A stretch of 38,234 nucleotides of DNA from Candidatus Woesebacteria bacterium GW2011_GWA1_44_23 (GCA_001001045.1 LCIL01000008.1:1-38234); one strand, 5' to 3'; shown: positions 8,458-18,385, numbered from the stretch's first letter. Numbers and translations: made by a program. The notes: generated by a model not told the origin, from the sequence alone.

Positions 8458-8940
8458 ATGAAAGAGAGGGGTGCATTCGAAAAAGCGAGAATCGACGGAA
8501 TACTTAACGCGCTTTCGGAAGGTAAAACTGGTTACGATGAATTAAGTGAGGCCGGCAAAACGTCCGAATCAAGAGCAATCGAAGATATTGGCTTGGAATC
8601 CGAAAGAAGATTCACCAGGTACGCAAGACAAGTGGATTTTATAGAATGCGTACAGGACGCCGTTCCCTATGAAGACGCTTACGAAGGAGTTGATAAATGG
8701 TTGAGGTTTAAACCTTATAAAAAGCTACCAGATCTTCCCGTTCAGGTTAAAAGTTCATTCAGGGATGTGAATTCATTCAGGAAAAATCCTAAATACAAAA
8801 ACCGTGGCGGCATGGAAATCGTAATAAACTGCGGCCCCTCTATCAATTACGGAATATTTCTTAGACAGTTAACACTGGAGGTGAACAGAATTAAGATCTC
8901 ACTCGAAGAAAGCCCTTCTCTGGGAAGGTTTATTGTTTAA
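8458..8940 (+). CDS. Hypothetical protein, possible PD-(D/E)XK nuclease fold
   Basis: E...D...GVD...PVQVKSS pattern. Confidence 0.5.
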   Translation: MKERGAFEKARIDGILNALSEGKTGYDELSEAGKTSESRAIEDIGLESERRFTRYARQVDFIECVQDAVPYEDAYEGVDKWLRFKPYKKLPDLPVQVKSSFRDVNSFRKNPKYKNRGGMEIVINCGPSINYGIFLRQLTLEVNRIKISLEESPSLGRFIV

Positions 8941-9038
8941 AGATAGCAACTCTTTCAAAATCCGCTATTACGCTTTTTATTATTATGATATTTCTTTAGC
9001 AAACATCATATAACTATCTTTTTAAACCTAGGCACAAA

Positions 9039-9299
9039 TTATTGCCTCGGTTCCATCGGACGGGCTATATTAACGTTAATCTTGCGGCCTTTAAGGTCTG
9101 CCTGATTAAACATTTCTATAGCTTTTTTAGCCTCTTCATCGCTGCCCATGGTTACAAAACCAAAGCCGCGGCTTCTTCCTGTCATCTTGTCGCTTATAAC
9201 GGCGGCATCGGTAACACTTCCCGCACCAGCAAAAAGAGCCTTAAGGTCGTCTGCCGTTACTTCCCACGACAAATTCCCTACAAAAAGTTTAGATTCCAT
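9039..9299 (-). CDS. RRM (RNP-1) RNA-binding protein
   Basis: RNP2 LFVGNL, RNP1 RGFGFV, and a strong AGGAGGTG RBS. Confidence 0.95.
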   Translation of the reverse strand: MESKLFVGNLSWEVTADDLKALFAGAGSVTDAAVISDKMTGRSRGFGFVTMGSDEEAKKAIEMFNQADLKGRKINVNIARPMEPRQ

Positions 9300-9414
9300 T
9301 TAAATTAAAAATTCACCTCCTCTCATTTGAAGTCGGTCAAAGGCTGAAGCTTACCAAACTGAAGCTCACTATCCCTTGAAAACTCTGAGGATAGTATATA
9401 ATATTCATAGTCAA

Positions 9415-9597
9415 ATGGCAAACGCTGACAATAAATCAACGGAAATTCCCAAAATCCCGAGCCTAAACTTCGGCGGAGGCAAGCCGTCAATTTTTACTCC
9501 GAATAAGGGTTTTATGCCTAAAGGACCCCAAAGGGGTAAATTTAACCAGGCTACTTTCCACACACAACATAAGGGCGGGCCAAGCGGGGGAAAATAG
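9415..9597 (+). CDS. Small Gly/Lys/Pro-rich hypothetical protein
   Basis: MANADNK...TQHKGGPSGGK, with -10-like TATAAT/TAATAT upstream. Confidence 0.5.
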   Translation: MANADNKSTEIPKIPSLNFGGGKPSIFTPNKGFMPKGPQRGKFNQATFHTQHKGGPSGGK

Positions 9598-9613
9598 TGT
9601 ATAATTGCCACTT

Positions 9614-10495
9614 ATGCCTGATAAAATAACCTCCGTTATCGCCCGTGAGACCGACGGAAATATCCAAATCACATTCACCGTTCCTTTTTCCGTTATACGG
9701 AAGGAGGAAGATGAAACCCTCAAGGAATTTGCCAAAGATGCTGAAATACCAGGTTTCAGGAAGGGGATGGCCCCAATCGCAAAAGTGGCCGAGAAGATCC
9801 CCCAAAGCAAAATCGTAGAGCATTCTTTAGGTCACATATTACCCAAGGCTTTATCGGAAGCCGTAACCGAAAATAACCTTAAAATAGCGGTTTACCCCAA
9901 ATTTGAGTTAATAAGCGCGGAGGAAGGTAAAGATTGGCAAGTGAGGGGGATTACCTGCGAGCTTCCTGAGGTTAACTTGGGCGATTACAAAAAAGCCGTT
10001 CAGGGGGCATTCCGCGCCTCCACCCTCTGGACTCCCGATAAAGGAAAGCCCGAGGAAAAAAAGGAGCTAAGTGCCGAGCAGAAAGAGCAGGTGGTTATAA
10101 AAACACTTCTTGAAAATGTAAAGATAACCATCCCCGCAATATTAATTGAGGAAGAAGCGGACAGCCGCCTTTCAAATCTTCTTTCAAGACTGGAAAAGCT
10201 GGGGTTGGCCCTTGAAACGTATCTGTCCTCAATAGGCAAAAAGGCGGATGACCTTAGGGCCGACTATGCCAATCAGGCAAAGGATGCAATTGCTCTGGAT
10301 CTTATTTTGACAAAAATTGCCCAGGAAAAAGACATTAAGGTAGACCCCAAAGATGTCGATTCGGCCATGGGTGTTGCGCAGGTCTCAAAAACAAGTGAAA
10401 ACGGGACCCCGGAAGATCCCGAAGGCAGAAAAAGGCTTCTTGAATCGATTCTTAAGCGCAGGGGTGCGCTGGACTTTCTTATTAAGTTGGGGTAG
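9614..10495 (+). CDS. tig: Trigger factor, short form lacking the FKBP domain
   Basis: IPGFRKGMAP ribosome-binding motif and C-terminal domain (IP..LIEEE...L.L..YL). Only about 293 aa. Confidence 0.88.
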   Translation: MPDKITSVIARETDGNIQITFTVPFSVIRKEEDETLKEFAKDAEIPGFRKGMAPIAKVAEKIPQSKIVEHSLGHILPKALSEAVTENNLKIAVYPKFELISAEEGKDWQVRGITCELPEVNLGDYKKAVQGAFRASTLWTPDKGKPEEKKELSAEQKEQVVIKTLLENVKITIPAILIEEEADSRLSNLLSRLEKLGLALETYLSSIGKKADDLRADYANQAKDAIALDLILTKIAQEKDIKVDPKDVDSAMGVAQVSKTSENGTPEDPEGRKRLLESILKRRGALDFLIKLG

Positions 10496-10506
10496 ACTTT
10501 TGGCAA

Positions 10507-11136
10507 ATGGCGGACCCAAAAAAGAAAACTCAACAGCTTCGCACAAAGCAAAATGTTCTTGAATCCCTCAAGGATTTGGGCATAGGTGCGGGTTCTCAAA
10601 CCGGAGATTTTTTGAAAAGCACTTCTGAAGACTTTTTTAGGGAATTGATGGGTATTCCCGTCCCTGCTATCAAAAGAAGCGGGGAAATCAGTGCAGGGCA
10701 GTCTATTCAAATGAACGAGGTTATGAGCGGCAAGGAAGAAGAGAGTAAACATCTCAGGGATCAGATTTCACTTGAACGGCAGCTTTCCAGCGACGAACAA
10801 CGGGTTTCTGAGGGTAAACGCAACGAACTTAAAGTGGAGCTTCAGGCTCTTATGCAGGAAGTCCAAAAAGTTGCCGCAAGCAGTGAAAACCTTGCGGAGG
10901 CAACACGGGTGGCTATGATGACGGCTCCTGTTGAACCCGGAATTTATCACATTAATTTTTTCAAAAACATCTTGGAGTTTTTGCAGTCTTTCAGAAAGAG
11001 GATCGATTACGCCGCCGCCTGGCTTCAAAGTTCCAATAAACGCGCACAAAAGAAAAACTACTGGAACATGTACAAGAAAAAGGGTAGCTCTTTCCTTCTT
11101 TCTCCGGATCATTATCTTCAAAGATCGGCTGGTTAA
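10507..11136 (+). CDS. DUF5660-like CPR protein
   Basis: Coiled coil, PVEPGIYHINFF, and AAWL...K.NYWNMYKKKGSSFLLS motifs. Confidence 0.65.
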   Translation: MADPKKKTQQLRTKQNVLESLKDLGIGAGSQTGDFLKSTSEDFFRELMGIPVPAIKRSGEISAGQSIQMNEVMSGKEEESKHLRDQISLERQLSSDEQRVSEGKRNELKVELQALMQEVQKVAASSENLAEATRVAMMTAPVEPGIYHINFFKNILEFLQSFRKRIDYAAAWLQSSNKRAQKKNYWNMYKKKGSSFLLSPDHYLQRSAG

Positions 11137-11161
11137 TTTTTGATATAATACAAGTCGGCGG

Positions 11162-11235
11162 GGACGCTTAGCTCAGTTGGTTAGAGCGCATTCTTGACGT
11201 GAATGAGGTCGGGGGTTCGAGCCCTCCAGCGTCCA
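11162..11235 (+). tRNA. tRNA-Val(GAC)
   Basis: GGACGCT/AGCGTCC acceptor, CATTC-TTGACGT-GAATG anticodon arm, GGTTCGAGCCC. Confidence 0.95.
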
Positions 11236-11236
11236 C

Positions 11237-12190
11237 TCATTTTGAAGCAAAAATTACTGCATTGGGAATGTCTCGCCCAGGTCCGTATACATATCTTGCC
11301 CCATAATACAAGGCGGTTGATCCTCCGGTATCCAAATTCAAAGCACCACTTGCTCCAAGGCTCTTAAAAACATATGCAAATTCCTGCATGTTTACATTCA
11401 TCGCAACAACCACCATGATGGTGTTTTCCCTTAAACCCAGTCCCACTTTCGTTCCTTTTGCCTTTTGTTTATCGCTTAAACCCGACTGGTTGTCGTCTAT
11501 CTGGACGGCTCCGCCGTTAACCAGGCCCGGGAAGTTTACAATCCCCGCGGTTAAACCTCCCGAAAACGATTTGGCATCCTGTACATAGTGGGCCCTACTA
11601 CCGTCAAAATAAACCATAGCCCGACCATTCCAGAAAAGATTCCCGCCGTTTATCCAGTGGCTCAAACGGGTGTTATAAACGGGAAAATCAAAAGAATTGG
11701 TCTTCCCCGAGCATTCCGGATACGTAATCGGGCAAAAATATGTTCCGTTTACTCCCGCAAATCCGTTATTTTTAGTGACAAAAGTCTGCAAATTATTGGC
11801 AAGGCATCCGTTTCCGCAGTCTCCGTCATTTGCGGTATCCGTAATCATCCTGGTACTGCCCATCTCAAGAGAAAGTACCGTTGCCGTAAAATTTCCCTTT
11901 TCCGTTGCAACATTAATGGTAGAAAGTCCGCTTCCGGGAGGACCGCTTACGGGCTTTGCGGTCGGCTTGGGAGTAACTGATGGCTTAGAAGTGGGAACTG
12001 CCGTGGGCTTTATCGTAGGAGCAGTGGTGAAAGAAGGAGAAGGAACTGGGGTGGCCGTCGCAACCGCGGTGGGAGTGACAGCCGTGATGTTGGGCTTAAT
12101 ACTGCCGTTTTTAAATATTATGTAACCGACCAGTGAGATAACGGTAATAAAAACCAACATTAAAACAGGAGCAAAACCAGGGCTCTTCAT
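11237..12190 (-). CDS. Phosphodiester glycosidase (NAGPA) family protein with Pro/Thr linker
   Basis: GVNGTYF, ALNLDTGGST and R.IPNAV motifs. TM helix followed by a PT-rich stalk. Confidence 0.8.
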   Translation of the reverse strand: MKSPGFAPVLMLVFITVISLVGYIIFKNGSIKPNITAVTPTAVATATPVPSPSFTTAPTIKPTAVPTSKPSVTPKPTAKPVSGPPGSGLSTINVATEKGNFTATVLSLEMGSTRMITDTANDGDCGNGCLANNLQTFVTKNNGFAGVNGTYFCPITYPECSGKTNSFDFPVYNTRLSHWINGGNLFWNGRAMVYFDGSRAHYVQDAKSFSGGLTAGIVNFPGLVNGGAVQIDDNQSGLSDKQKAKGTKVGLGLRENTIMVVVAMNVNMQEFAYVFKSLGASGALNLDTGGSTALYYGARYVYGPGRDIPNAVIFASK

Positions 12191-12220
12191 ATTTCATTCT
12201 AGCAAATCTCCTAATATAAT

Positions 12221-12640
12221 ATGCGTATGGAAAGCGGACATGAAGCGGAAGACTTCAGAAAGAAATCCGTTCTTGCCGTATGCTGGGCAGGAACCGACAG
12301 GAGCCAATATATTGCCGAGGAATTAAATAGAAGGAATTATTTTGCAACAAGCGCAGGTGTTTTGAAAAATAATAACCATGCGGTCTCAAATTACGTCACA
12401 CCTGCCGATCTGTCCAACGTGGGTATCGTCGTTTTTGCTTCCATACACGAAAGGAATGTTTTTTGTAAAGACGAAAAGCTTAAAGCAATTGTCAAAAAAA
12501 ACGGTATAGAAGTCAGAGTGCTGAATATTACCGAAAGCGATAAGGACAGGGCACACAATTACGGCAAGGTGGAAGAATTAAAAGCCGAAATTTCAAAACA
12601 GCTGGACTGTATCGGTTTAAAGGACCTCACAAATCAATAG
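12221..12640 (+). CDS. Low-molecular-weight phosphatase-like protein
   Basis: VLAVCWAGTDRS matches the CX5R(S) P-loop, followed by SAGV. The start may be ATG 12227. Confidence 0.55.
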   Translation: MRMESGHEAEDFRKKSVLAVCWAGTDRSQYIAEELNRRNYFATSAGVLKNNNHAVSNYVTPADLSNVGIVVFASIHERNVFCKDEKLKAIVKKNGIEVRVLNITESDKDRAHNYGKVEELKAEISKQLDCIGLKDLTNQ

Positions 12641-13608
12641 TTCAAATATTTGTCGATATTTGCCAGGTGCTCCTTATAGGTTTTTGCGCAGTGTATTTCT
12701 TTATATACATCATGCAAATAGTATAAACACTCGGTAGTCTCTGGGTTAAGGGCGGCTTCGATGGCATCGATTCCAGGACTGCAGATGGGGGTGGGGGGAA
12801 GGCCTTCGTTCAGGTAACTGTTATACGGCGAGTCGCTTTTCTTTTCGGCTATATTTACGCTACCCCACCACTTTCCGTTTTCATTTTTGCCCAGCGTGTA
12901 CTGCATTGTCGCATCAATTTGCAAACGCATTCCGGTATCCAGCCTGTTCCAGATGATTCCCGATATTAACTTCATATCTTTTGCTCCTGCCGCCTCACGG
13001 GCAATAAGTGAGGCAATCTTTACTCCCGTGGTCCATTTTATGTTTTTGTCGGCAAATTGCGGCAAGAGAGGAGACATTTTTTGATTAAAGTTATTAATAA
13101 ATCTTTGGGCAACGGCCTCGGGTGTTTCATCCAGCGGAATTAAGTAAGTATCGGGATAATAAACCCCCTCAAAATAATCGGAACCTAGATTTTTGTAAAA
13201 CGAATTCCACGAAACCAGTTGACTATCGTTCCAATTGAGGGCGTCAGCCAAATATTCTCCCAATTGTTCCCTCCTTACACAAAATGATTCGGTAAACCAG
13301 ACCAAATCGGCGTTTCCGGTTATTTTTTTCATAACAGCCCAGGCGTTCATGTCCTGAGACAGCCTGTAGCCGCCGGCTTTTACGTCGTAGCCTCCGGAAA
13401 AGTTATCTAGGAGAAATTGGAAAGCACCTGAGTCCCTTATGAATTTTTGATCCTGCAGGGCCTTGGAAACGTCAAAATTTTCCGTATTCTCGGGAACAAC
13501 AAAAACCTTAACTTCTTTCGAATCCCCGACGGATCCAAAACGGCTCCAAACCATATATAAAATCAGGAATGTCGCTGTCGGAATGAGGATAAATTTAAGA
13601 ACCTTCAT
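12634..13608 (-). CDS. mltG: Endolytic transglycosylase MltG
   Basis: EGVYYPDTY, ASLIARE, NRL..GMRLQIDAT.QY, SPYNSY...GLPPTPICSPG. Start placed at MKVLK. Confidence 0.88.
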   Translation of the reverse strand: MKVLKFILIPTATFLILYMVWSRFGSVGDSKEVKVFVVPENTENFDVSKALQDQKFIRDSGAFQFLLDNFSGGYDVKAGGYRLSQDMNAWAVMKKITGNADLVWFTESFCVRREQLGEYLADALNWNDSQLVSWNSFYKNLGSDYFEGVYYPDTYLIPLDETPEAVAQRFINNFNQKMSPLLPQFADKNIKWTTGVKIASLIAREAAGAKDMKLISGIIWNRLDTGMRLQIDATMQYTLGKNENGKWWGSVNIAEKKSDSPYNSYLNEGLPPTPICSPGIDAIEAALNPETTECLYYLHDVYKEIHCAKTYKEHLANIDKYLNY

Positions 13609-13849
13609 GTCCCATTCTATCATCTGATTCAGGATGGGGTTTCCCTGCAAAATTGGGGCAGCCTGACAGAGCGGCCGCTTGTTCTATTTGAGACTTTATT
13701 TCCACTTTTCTGTCCGACGGAAGTTTATTCAAAAAATGACCTTTTTTAAACTTCTGCACACGGCATCCCACATCTTTACCGCAGCGGACTCCATAGTTGG
13801 CCATAAAACTACATTCGGAGTATTGAGCTTCGGACGGCTTTTCGTGCAT
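13595..13849 (-). CDS. Small Cys-containing hypothetical protein
   Basis: 84 aa. TGG-TAAAAT lies 6 nt before the ATG, and the gene overlaps the mltG start. Confidence 0.5.
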   Translation of the reverse strand: MHEKPSEAQYSECSFMANYGVRCGKDVGCRVQKFKKGHFLNKLPSDRKVEIKSQIEQAAALSGCPNFAGKPHPESDDRMGHEGS

Positions 13850-13939
13850 TCGTGGATTTTACCATAATTCTTGAGGGAATTTAATTACGGTATAAAATAC
13901 TTCTATTGACTATTTGTTATCAAAATTTGATAATAAGGT

Positions 13940-14278
13940 GTGAAGTTATTTGTAAGATTGGCAATAAATGTTTTTGCGCTTTTCGTGGTGGAGTACCTGG
14001 TTCCCGGATTTCACCTGGCGGGTCTTTGGACCGCGGTTGTAGCAGCCATTGTCATAGGAGTAGTAAATACTTTTATCCGCCCGATAGTTCAGCTTATCGC
14101 GCTTCCCATTTCAATCCTGACTTTCGGTATTGCGGCCATTATTATTAACGTATTACTTTTTTGGGGAGCTTCCATGCTTGTCCCGGGGTTCACCATCGAC
14201 GGCTTTTTAACGGCACTCGTCGCATCTCTAGTACTATCCCTCGTCTCCTGGTTTATGCATAGGCTTGCATCCGATTAA
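13940..14278 (+). CDS. Phage holin family (4-TM, YvlD-like) membrane protein
   Basis: VN.FIRP....LP..ILTFG.....IN motif, four TM helices. Confidence 0.88.
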   Translation: MKLFVRLAINVFALFVVEYLVPGFHLAGLWTAVVAAIVIGVVNTFIRPIVQLIALPISILTFGIAAIIINVLLFWGASMLVPGFTIDGFLTALVASLVLSLVSWFMHRLASD

Positions 14279-15384
14279 AGCGGTCGGGGGTCCACTTTGA
14301 ATATTTTGTCGTCCCCGCTTTTTGCCCGGCCCCGCCCGTCATTGTTGCTTGTTGAAAAGTAAATATATCCGTCCGGTCCCAGCACAACGGCCCTGATTCT
14401 TCCGTATTCCTTTTTGAAATGTGAGGTCAAAACGAGGCTATTGTCGTTTTTAATTTTCACCTGGAAAAGACTTTCTCCCCTTAATCCCGAAAAAAATAGA
14501 CTTCCTTTATAGTATGCCATCCCGGAAGGTGCCCATGTTTCCTCCGTCCCTGATTGTATAACGGGGGAAATAAGTCCCTCTCTTGTCTCGTCTCCCTTAA
14601 TTGTCGGCCAGCCGTAATTGCCTCCTTTATAAATTATGTTTATCTCATCGTTGCCGGTTTCAAGACCCGACGGACCGTGCTCAGTCTCCCACAAAACACC
14701 TTTCTCATCCCAGGCAAGTCCCTGAGGGTTCCTGTGCCCCAGTGAATAGACCTCATTTCCGAAAGGATTGTCGGATGGGATATCTCCTTCTTCCGTTATT
14801 CTTAAAATCTTTCCGTTCAAAGAATTTTTATCCTGTGCAAGGTCCGGACTCCCCGCATCTCCCGTCGTTACGTATAAATATCCGTCAGGACCGAATGCTA
14901 TTCTTCCGCCGTCGTGGTTTACCGAGCCTTTAATTCCCTCCAGAATTACTTTCCTGTCTGTCAGGGTGTCATTCTCAAACTTGTATCTTTCAACCCTGTT
15001 GGATATGCCGCTCGAATCCTGGGTTGTCGAATAAAGGTATATATAATTGTTTTTGACAAAATCTGGGTGAAGGGAAAGACCCAATAAGCCTCCCTCGCCG
15101 ATATGCTTAACTCCTTCAATCTTTTTTACCGTTTTTGTTTGTGCTCCTATTTTAAGAAGCTTTCCCGATCTTTCGGTTACAAGCATTTCACCGCCCGGTA
15201 AAAATGCAATCTCCCAGGGTATATCCAAATTTTGTGCAACAATCTCCGCACCTGCCGAATTAACGATTGTTGTTTCGGGGGCGGATTTATTTTCACTTCT
15301 GTCCTGCTTTTTGTTAAAAAAATACAGAAATGCTCCGGCCGATACCAAAAGCAGGGTAATAATAATTACTTTGTTTTTTTGCAT
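14275..15384 (-). CDS. PQQ-dependent sugar dehydrogenase (GSDH family)
   Basis: PWEIAFLP, GEGGLLG, HDGGRIAFGPDGYLY, GHRNPQG, NYGWP. Confidence 0.9.
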   Translation of the reverse strand: MQKNKVIIITLLLVSAGAFLYFFNKKQDRSENKSAPETTIVNSAGAEIVAQNLDIPWEIAFLPGGEMLVTERSGKLLKIGAQTKTVKKIEGVKHIGEGGLLGLSLHPDFVKNNYIYLYSTTQDSSGISNRVERYKFENDTLTDRKVILEGIKGSVNHDGGRIAFGPDGYLYVTTGDAGSPDLAQDKNSLNGKILRITEEGDIPSDNPFGNEVYSLGHRNPQGLAWDEKGVLWETEHGPSGLETGNDEINIIYKGGNYGWPTIKGDETREGLISPVIQSGTEETWAPSGMAYYKGSLFFSGLRGESLFQVKIKNDNSLVLTSHFKKEYGRIRAVVLGPDGYIYFSTSNNDGRGRAKSGDDKIFKVDPRPL

Positions 15385-15399
15385 GTATTTTGCACGGAC

Positions 15400-16464
15400 C
15401 TATTTAAGATGTCTGTCAAAGAATTCAACGGATCTTCTCATTGCCGTTGAAAAACTATCGGAAAGGTTGTGGTCGTCTCCTTCGTAAAGAAATAGTTCGG
15501 CTTCTTTTCCCGCTTTATCCATCAGCCCTTTTAAATTTTCGGAAAATTCACTCGGAACGGAGGCGTCAAGGGTTCCGTGATGGATTGAAAGGGGACCCGA
15601 TATATCCGCAAGGTAACTTGTTGCGGAGATGGAATTCCAAAAGTCGGGATTTTCTTCGGGTGTTCCGAAAGCGGCCTGAAGTTCATCCCTCCATCTCCTT
15701 GCGCTTGAAGGAATTCCGGGAGGAGGGGTGGAGGCTCTTCTTCTCCAACTGCTTATCATTTCGGGGTATGATCCCACAACCCCAGCCCAAATAACACCCG
15801 CTTTTATATCATCCGATACAACCATGCTTCTTAAGGTAATGAATCCTCCCATGGAGTGTCCCCACATTCCGATCTTTTCGGGATTGACCGAAGGATACTT
15901 TTTAACGGATGAGACGGCATTCAAAGCATCAACCGTATACGCGTTTGATCCGTATGCTCCTGTCGGCTCGCCTTCGCTTTCTCCATGACCCCGGAAATCG
16001 GGCTTAAAGACAACGTACCCGTTTCTGGCAAAACCGTCAACGTAGGAAACATATTTCTCGGTGGTCCTGTACTGGGCAGGAGGAATATAGCCATGGTTAA
16101 ATATTATCGCCGGGAATCCTTCCGGGGGTTCTTCTTCCTCGGGTACTGTTAAAAGGCCGTAAACCTTTAATCCTTCCGACCGGTATGAGGCAATATACCG
16201 TTTGTAATTTGAACCCGGGGTAAGTGTTTCTTCAATAATCAAATCGCTTCCGGGATAGTTTCCTTTTCTAAGGTACTCGATGGAAAGAAGAAAGGGGACC
16301 CCAAGTTCGGAGGATCCGACAAACCCTCCTTCATCCAGGAAATTGTTTAAATCGGTCGGGAAATCGGGTTTTTTTGGAAAATATCCCTTTGAGTAGAACA
16401 AATAGCCGCCAAAAAGAGCAAATAAAAGTACCGAAACTATTAAAATTTTCTTCTTTTTGAACAC
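15400..16464 (-). CDS. Alpha/beta hydrolase (S9 peptidase-like)
   Basis: HGYIPP, GHSMGG, HHGTLDASVP, GDDHN. Start placed at GTG 16464, after TGT-TAAAAT. Confidence 0.85.
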   Translation of the reverse strand: MFKKKKILIVSVLLFALFGGYLFYSKGYFPKKPDFPTDLNNFLDEGGFVGSSELGVPFLLSIEYLRKGNYPGSDLIIEETLTPGSNYKRYIASYRSEGLKVYGLLTVPEEEEPPEGFPAIIFNHGYIPPAQYRTTEKYVSYVDGFARNGYVVFKPDFRGHGESEGEPTGAYGSNAYTVDALNAVSSVKKYPSVNPEKIGMWGHSMGGFITLRSMVVSDDIKAGVIWAGVVGSYPEMISSWRRRASTPPPGIPSSARRWRDELQAAFGTPEENPDFWNSISATSYLADISGPLSIHHGTLDASVPSEFSENLKGLMDKAGKEAELFLYEGDDHNLSDSFSTAMRRSVEFFDRHLK

Positions 16465-16518
16465 CTTACATTTTAACACGCGGGGTAAAGCGTTTTTATG
16501 AAGTACGGTTTTGTGTTA

Positions 16519-16737
16519 TCAATTCTGCTTTTTCCTGTTCCACAAACTTCCGAAGACGTCTCTTACGTCGTAACCGAAATAGGCGAGAACGGAGAAAAGT
16601 AAAAACGATGCGGTTGCCTCATCCAGATTTCCCAAAAAAGGGACGTTATCGGGAATAAATTCAAAAAATCCGGCAGTGGGGTTTAGAAGATAAATGAATG
16701 CTAAAAAGCCGATGGCTGCAACTAAATATTTTTTCAT
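16519..16737 (-). CDS. DUF1232 (YkvA-like) membrane protein
   Basis: YLLNP.....FIPD.VPFLG.LDE motif. Confidence 0.8.
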   Translation of the reverse strand: MKKYLVAAIGFLAFIYLLNPTAGFFEFIPDNVPFLGNLDEATASFLLFSVLAYFGYDVRDVFGSLWNRKKQN

Positions 16738-17089
16738 TTTTTAAGAACCGAGGTGCAAAACATACACTTTTTTGCGCCAAGGGGGACAACGCTAAGACAT
16801 TCCGGGCACTTTTTTGTAGTAGGGTCAATTGGCTTTTGTTTATTGGTTAAGGCTATAAGTTTATTCATTGGAAGAACTACAAGGAAGTAAACGACAAACG
16901 AAATGATGACAAAAGAAATAAGGGCATTAAGAAAATCTCCTATCATAAACTCGCTCCGGTTAACGGTAAAGCTTATTTTTGAAAAATCAAGGCGGTAACA
17001 ACGGCTCCGAAAGCTACACCGATTACCACTCCGACCGCAAGGTCAACGACGTTTCCTTTCAAAATAAACTGCTTAAACCCTTTTAACAC
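16734..17089 (-). pseudogene. mscL: Large-conductance mechanosensitive channel with C-terminal Zn ribbon, broken by an internal deletion/frameshift
   Basis: GTG 17089 gives [34 protein letters not shown]. The frame jumps near 16988 to [26 protein letters not shown]...CPEC...CMFC. Confidence 0.8.
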
Positions 17090-17157
17090 TAATTGTATTT
17101 TCGCACAGCTTTTTTGTTTTTGCAAAAATAGCATTAGGGGCTGGGATGGGGCAAGAA

Positions 17158-17865
17158 TCAGAAGGGTATATCTTCCTGTACTGGTTTATCTTCAATGTGG
17201 GCAATTGTTTCTCCAACGTGCCTATAAGCGCACCATTTACAGCTTTTTCCCTCTTCCGGTGGAGGACCGGCAAGAAGTTTGTCAATTTCGGCAATAAACT
17301 TAATAAATCCGGGCTGGTCCATCGGCACCTCAAGCCATTTGGGAGGAAATGTCAAAAGTGCTTCACCGTCTTTATAGGAAACCTGATCAGGGTAAAAAAT
17401 CAAAAGACCCATCCTGTTAATTTCAACCGGTTTTCCGGATTTCGGATTTTCCAGGGCAAACTTATAGGCATTAAGTTGTGTTTTATATTTATCGATTTTC
17501 CCGACATCCGGATTACTGATTTTAAGATCAACCAAAGTATTGCCATCACTCCCATTAACCAGAAGATCATATTTGCCTTTTAAATAAACGTGTGTTCCCG
17601 GAATAATCTTCGAGTCCACCCAACCTTCCTGCATGATTACTTTCCCTTCCGGTAAACTTTCAGAAAGAGTTCTCAGTTCTTTCCCCACAAGACTTCCCTG
17701 AATCCTGGTGTTTATGGCAGAAAATACCCCAGGCATCGGCATGCTAGGTTGATAAATTCCGTTTTTAACTTTAAGGTAGTAGCAAAGTTTGCATTCTTCG
17801 TAAAGGTATGCAAAATCAGAAGGGGAGAGCTTAAATATTTCCTGGTGGATGTCTCTTTCCGGCAT
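17158..17865 (-). CDS. PD-(D/E)XK nuclease (Cas4/RecB-like)
   Basis: LSPS...C..CYY, G.YDLL...LVDLK, QL.AY, and C-terminal CKWC.Y. Confidence 0.8.
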   Translation of the reverse strand: MPERDIHQEIFKLSPSDFAYLYEECKLCYYLKVKNGIYQPSMPMPGVFSAINTRIQGSLVGKELRTLSESLPEGKVIMQEGWVDSKIIPGTHVYLKGKYDLLVNGSDGNTLVDLKISNPDVGKIDKYKTQLNAYKFALENPKSGKPVEINRMGLLIFYPDQVSYKDGEALLTFPPKWLEVPMDQPGFIKFIAEIDKLLAGPPPEEGKSCKWCAYRHVGETIAHIEDKPVQEDIPF

Positions 17866-17906
17866 ATGAGGCTATTATACCACCATAAAAATGCTAATAT
17901 TCGATT

Positions 17907-18347
17907 GTGAAAAACAGGGTACCTACTTTAAAAGAATTTAATAGTATTTATTGGAGAACCGTAGGTAACTTATTTCATAAAATATCCCCTTGCATCGAAC
18001 ACCCGGGGTTACTTTTTAGGGACGTTCATATTCTATATCATGACTTAAAGTATAGATTCTTCCTTGTTACCGATCCTCCACCTATACAACATAAAAAAGA
18101 GCAGACGGATAATTATTTTGAAAGAATAGACCCAAAACACGGATTGAGATTTTATGAATGCATGGCAAGTAAATGTTCCGGGATTGATCTTGATTATGCA
18201 ATTCCCCGCGTGGATGAATTTTATAGCGACAAAAGATCCAGGAAAATTATAAGGGAATTTTTAATAAGCTTAAATCAAGCCGAACAACAAGTATTGGATA
18301 ACTATAAAAAATATTTAATTAGAAACGAAATACTAAAAGGGAATTGA
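17907..18347 (+). CDS. Hypothetical protein
   Basis: 146-aa AT-rich ORF with TGC-TAATAT 6 nt before the GTG. Confidence 0.6.
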   Translation: MKNRVPTLKEFNSIYWRTVGNLFHKISPCIEHPGLLFRDVHILYHDLKYRFFLVTDPPPIQHKKEQTDNYFERIDPKHGLRFYECMASKCSGIDLDYAIPRVDEFYSDKRSRKIIREFLISLNQAEQQVLDNYKKYLIRNEILKGN

Positions 18348-18385
18348 GGCAATTATACTACTCTGAAAGTGATAATATTTAACTA

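Noticed and set aside
8939-9022. Long AT-rich imperfect inverted repeat between convergent genes
   Set aside because: Weak pairing, adequately explained as a terminator or chance.
13940-14278. Prophage suggested by the holin-family gene
   Set aside because: This family is common on chromosomes, and no phage structural genes are nearby.
17090-17910. CRISPR array near the Cas4-like nuclease
   Set aside because: I saw no repeat-spacer periodicity or other cas genes anywhere in the window.
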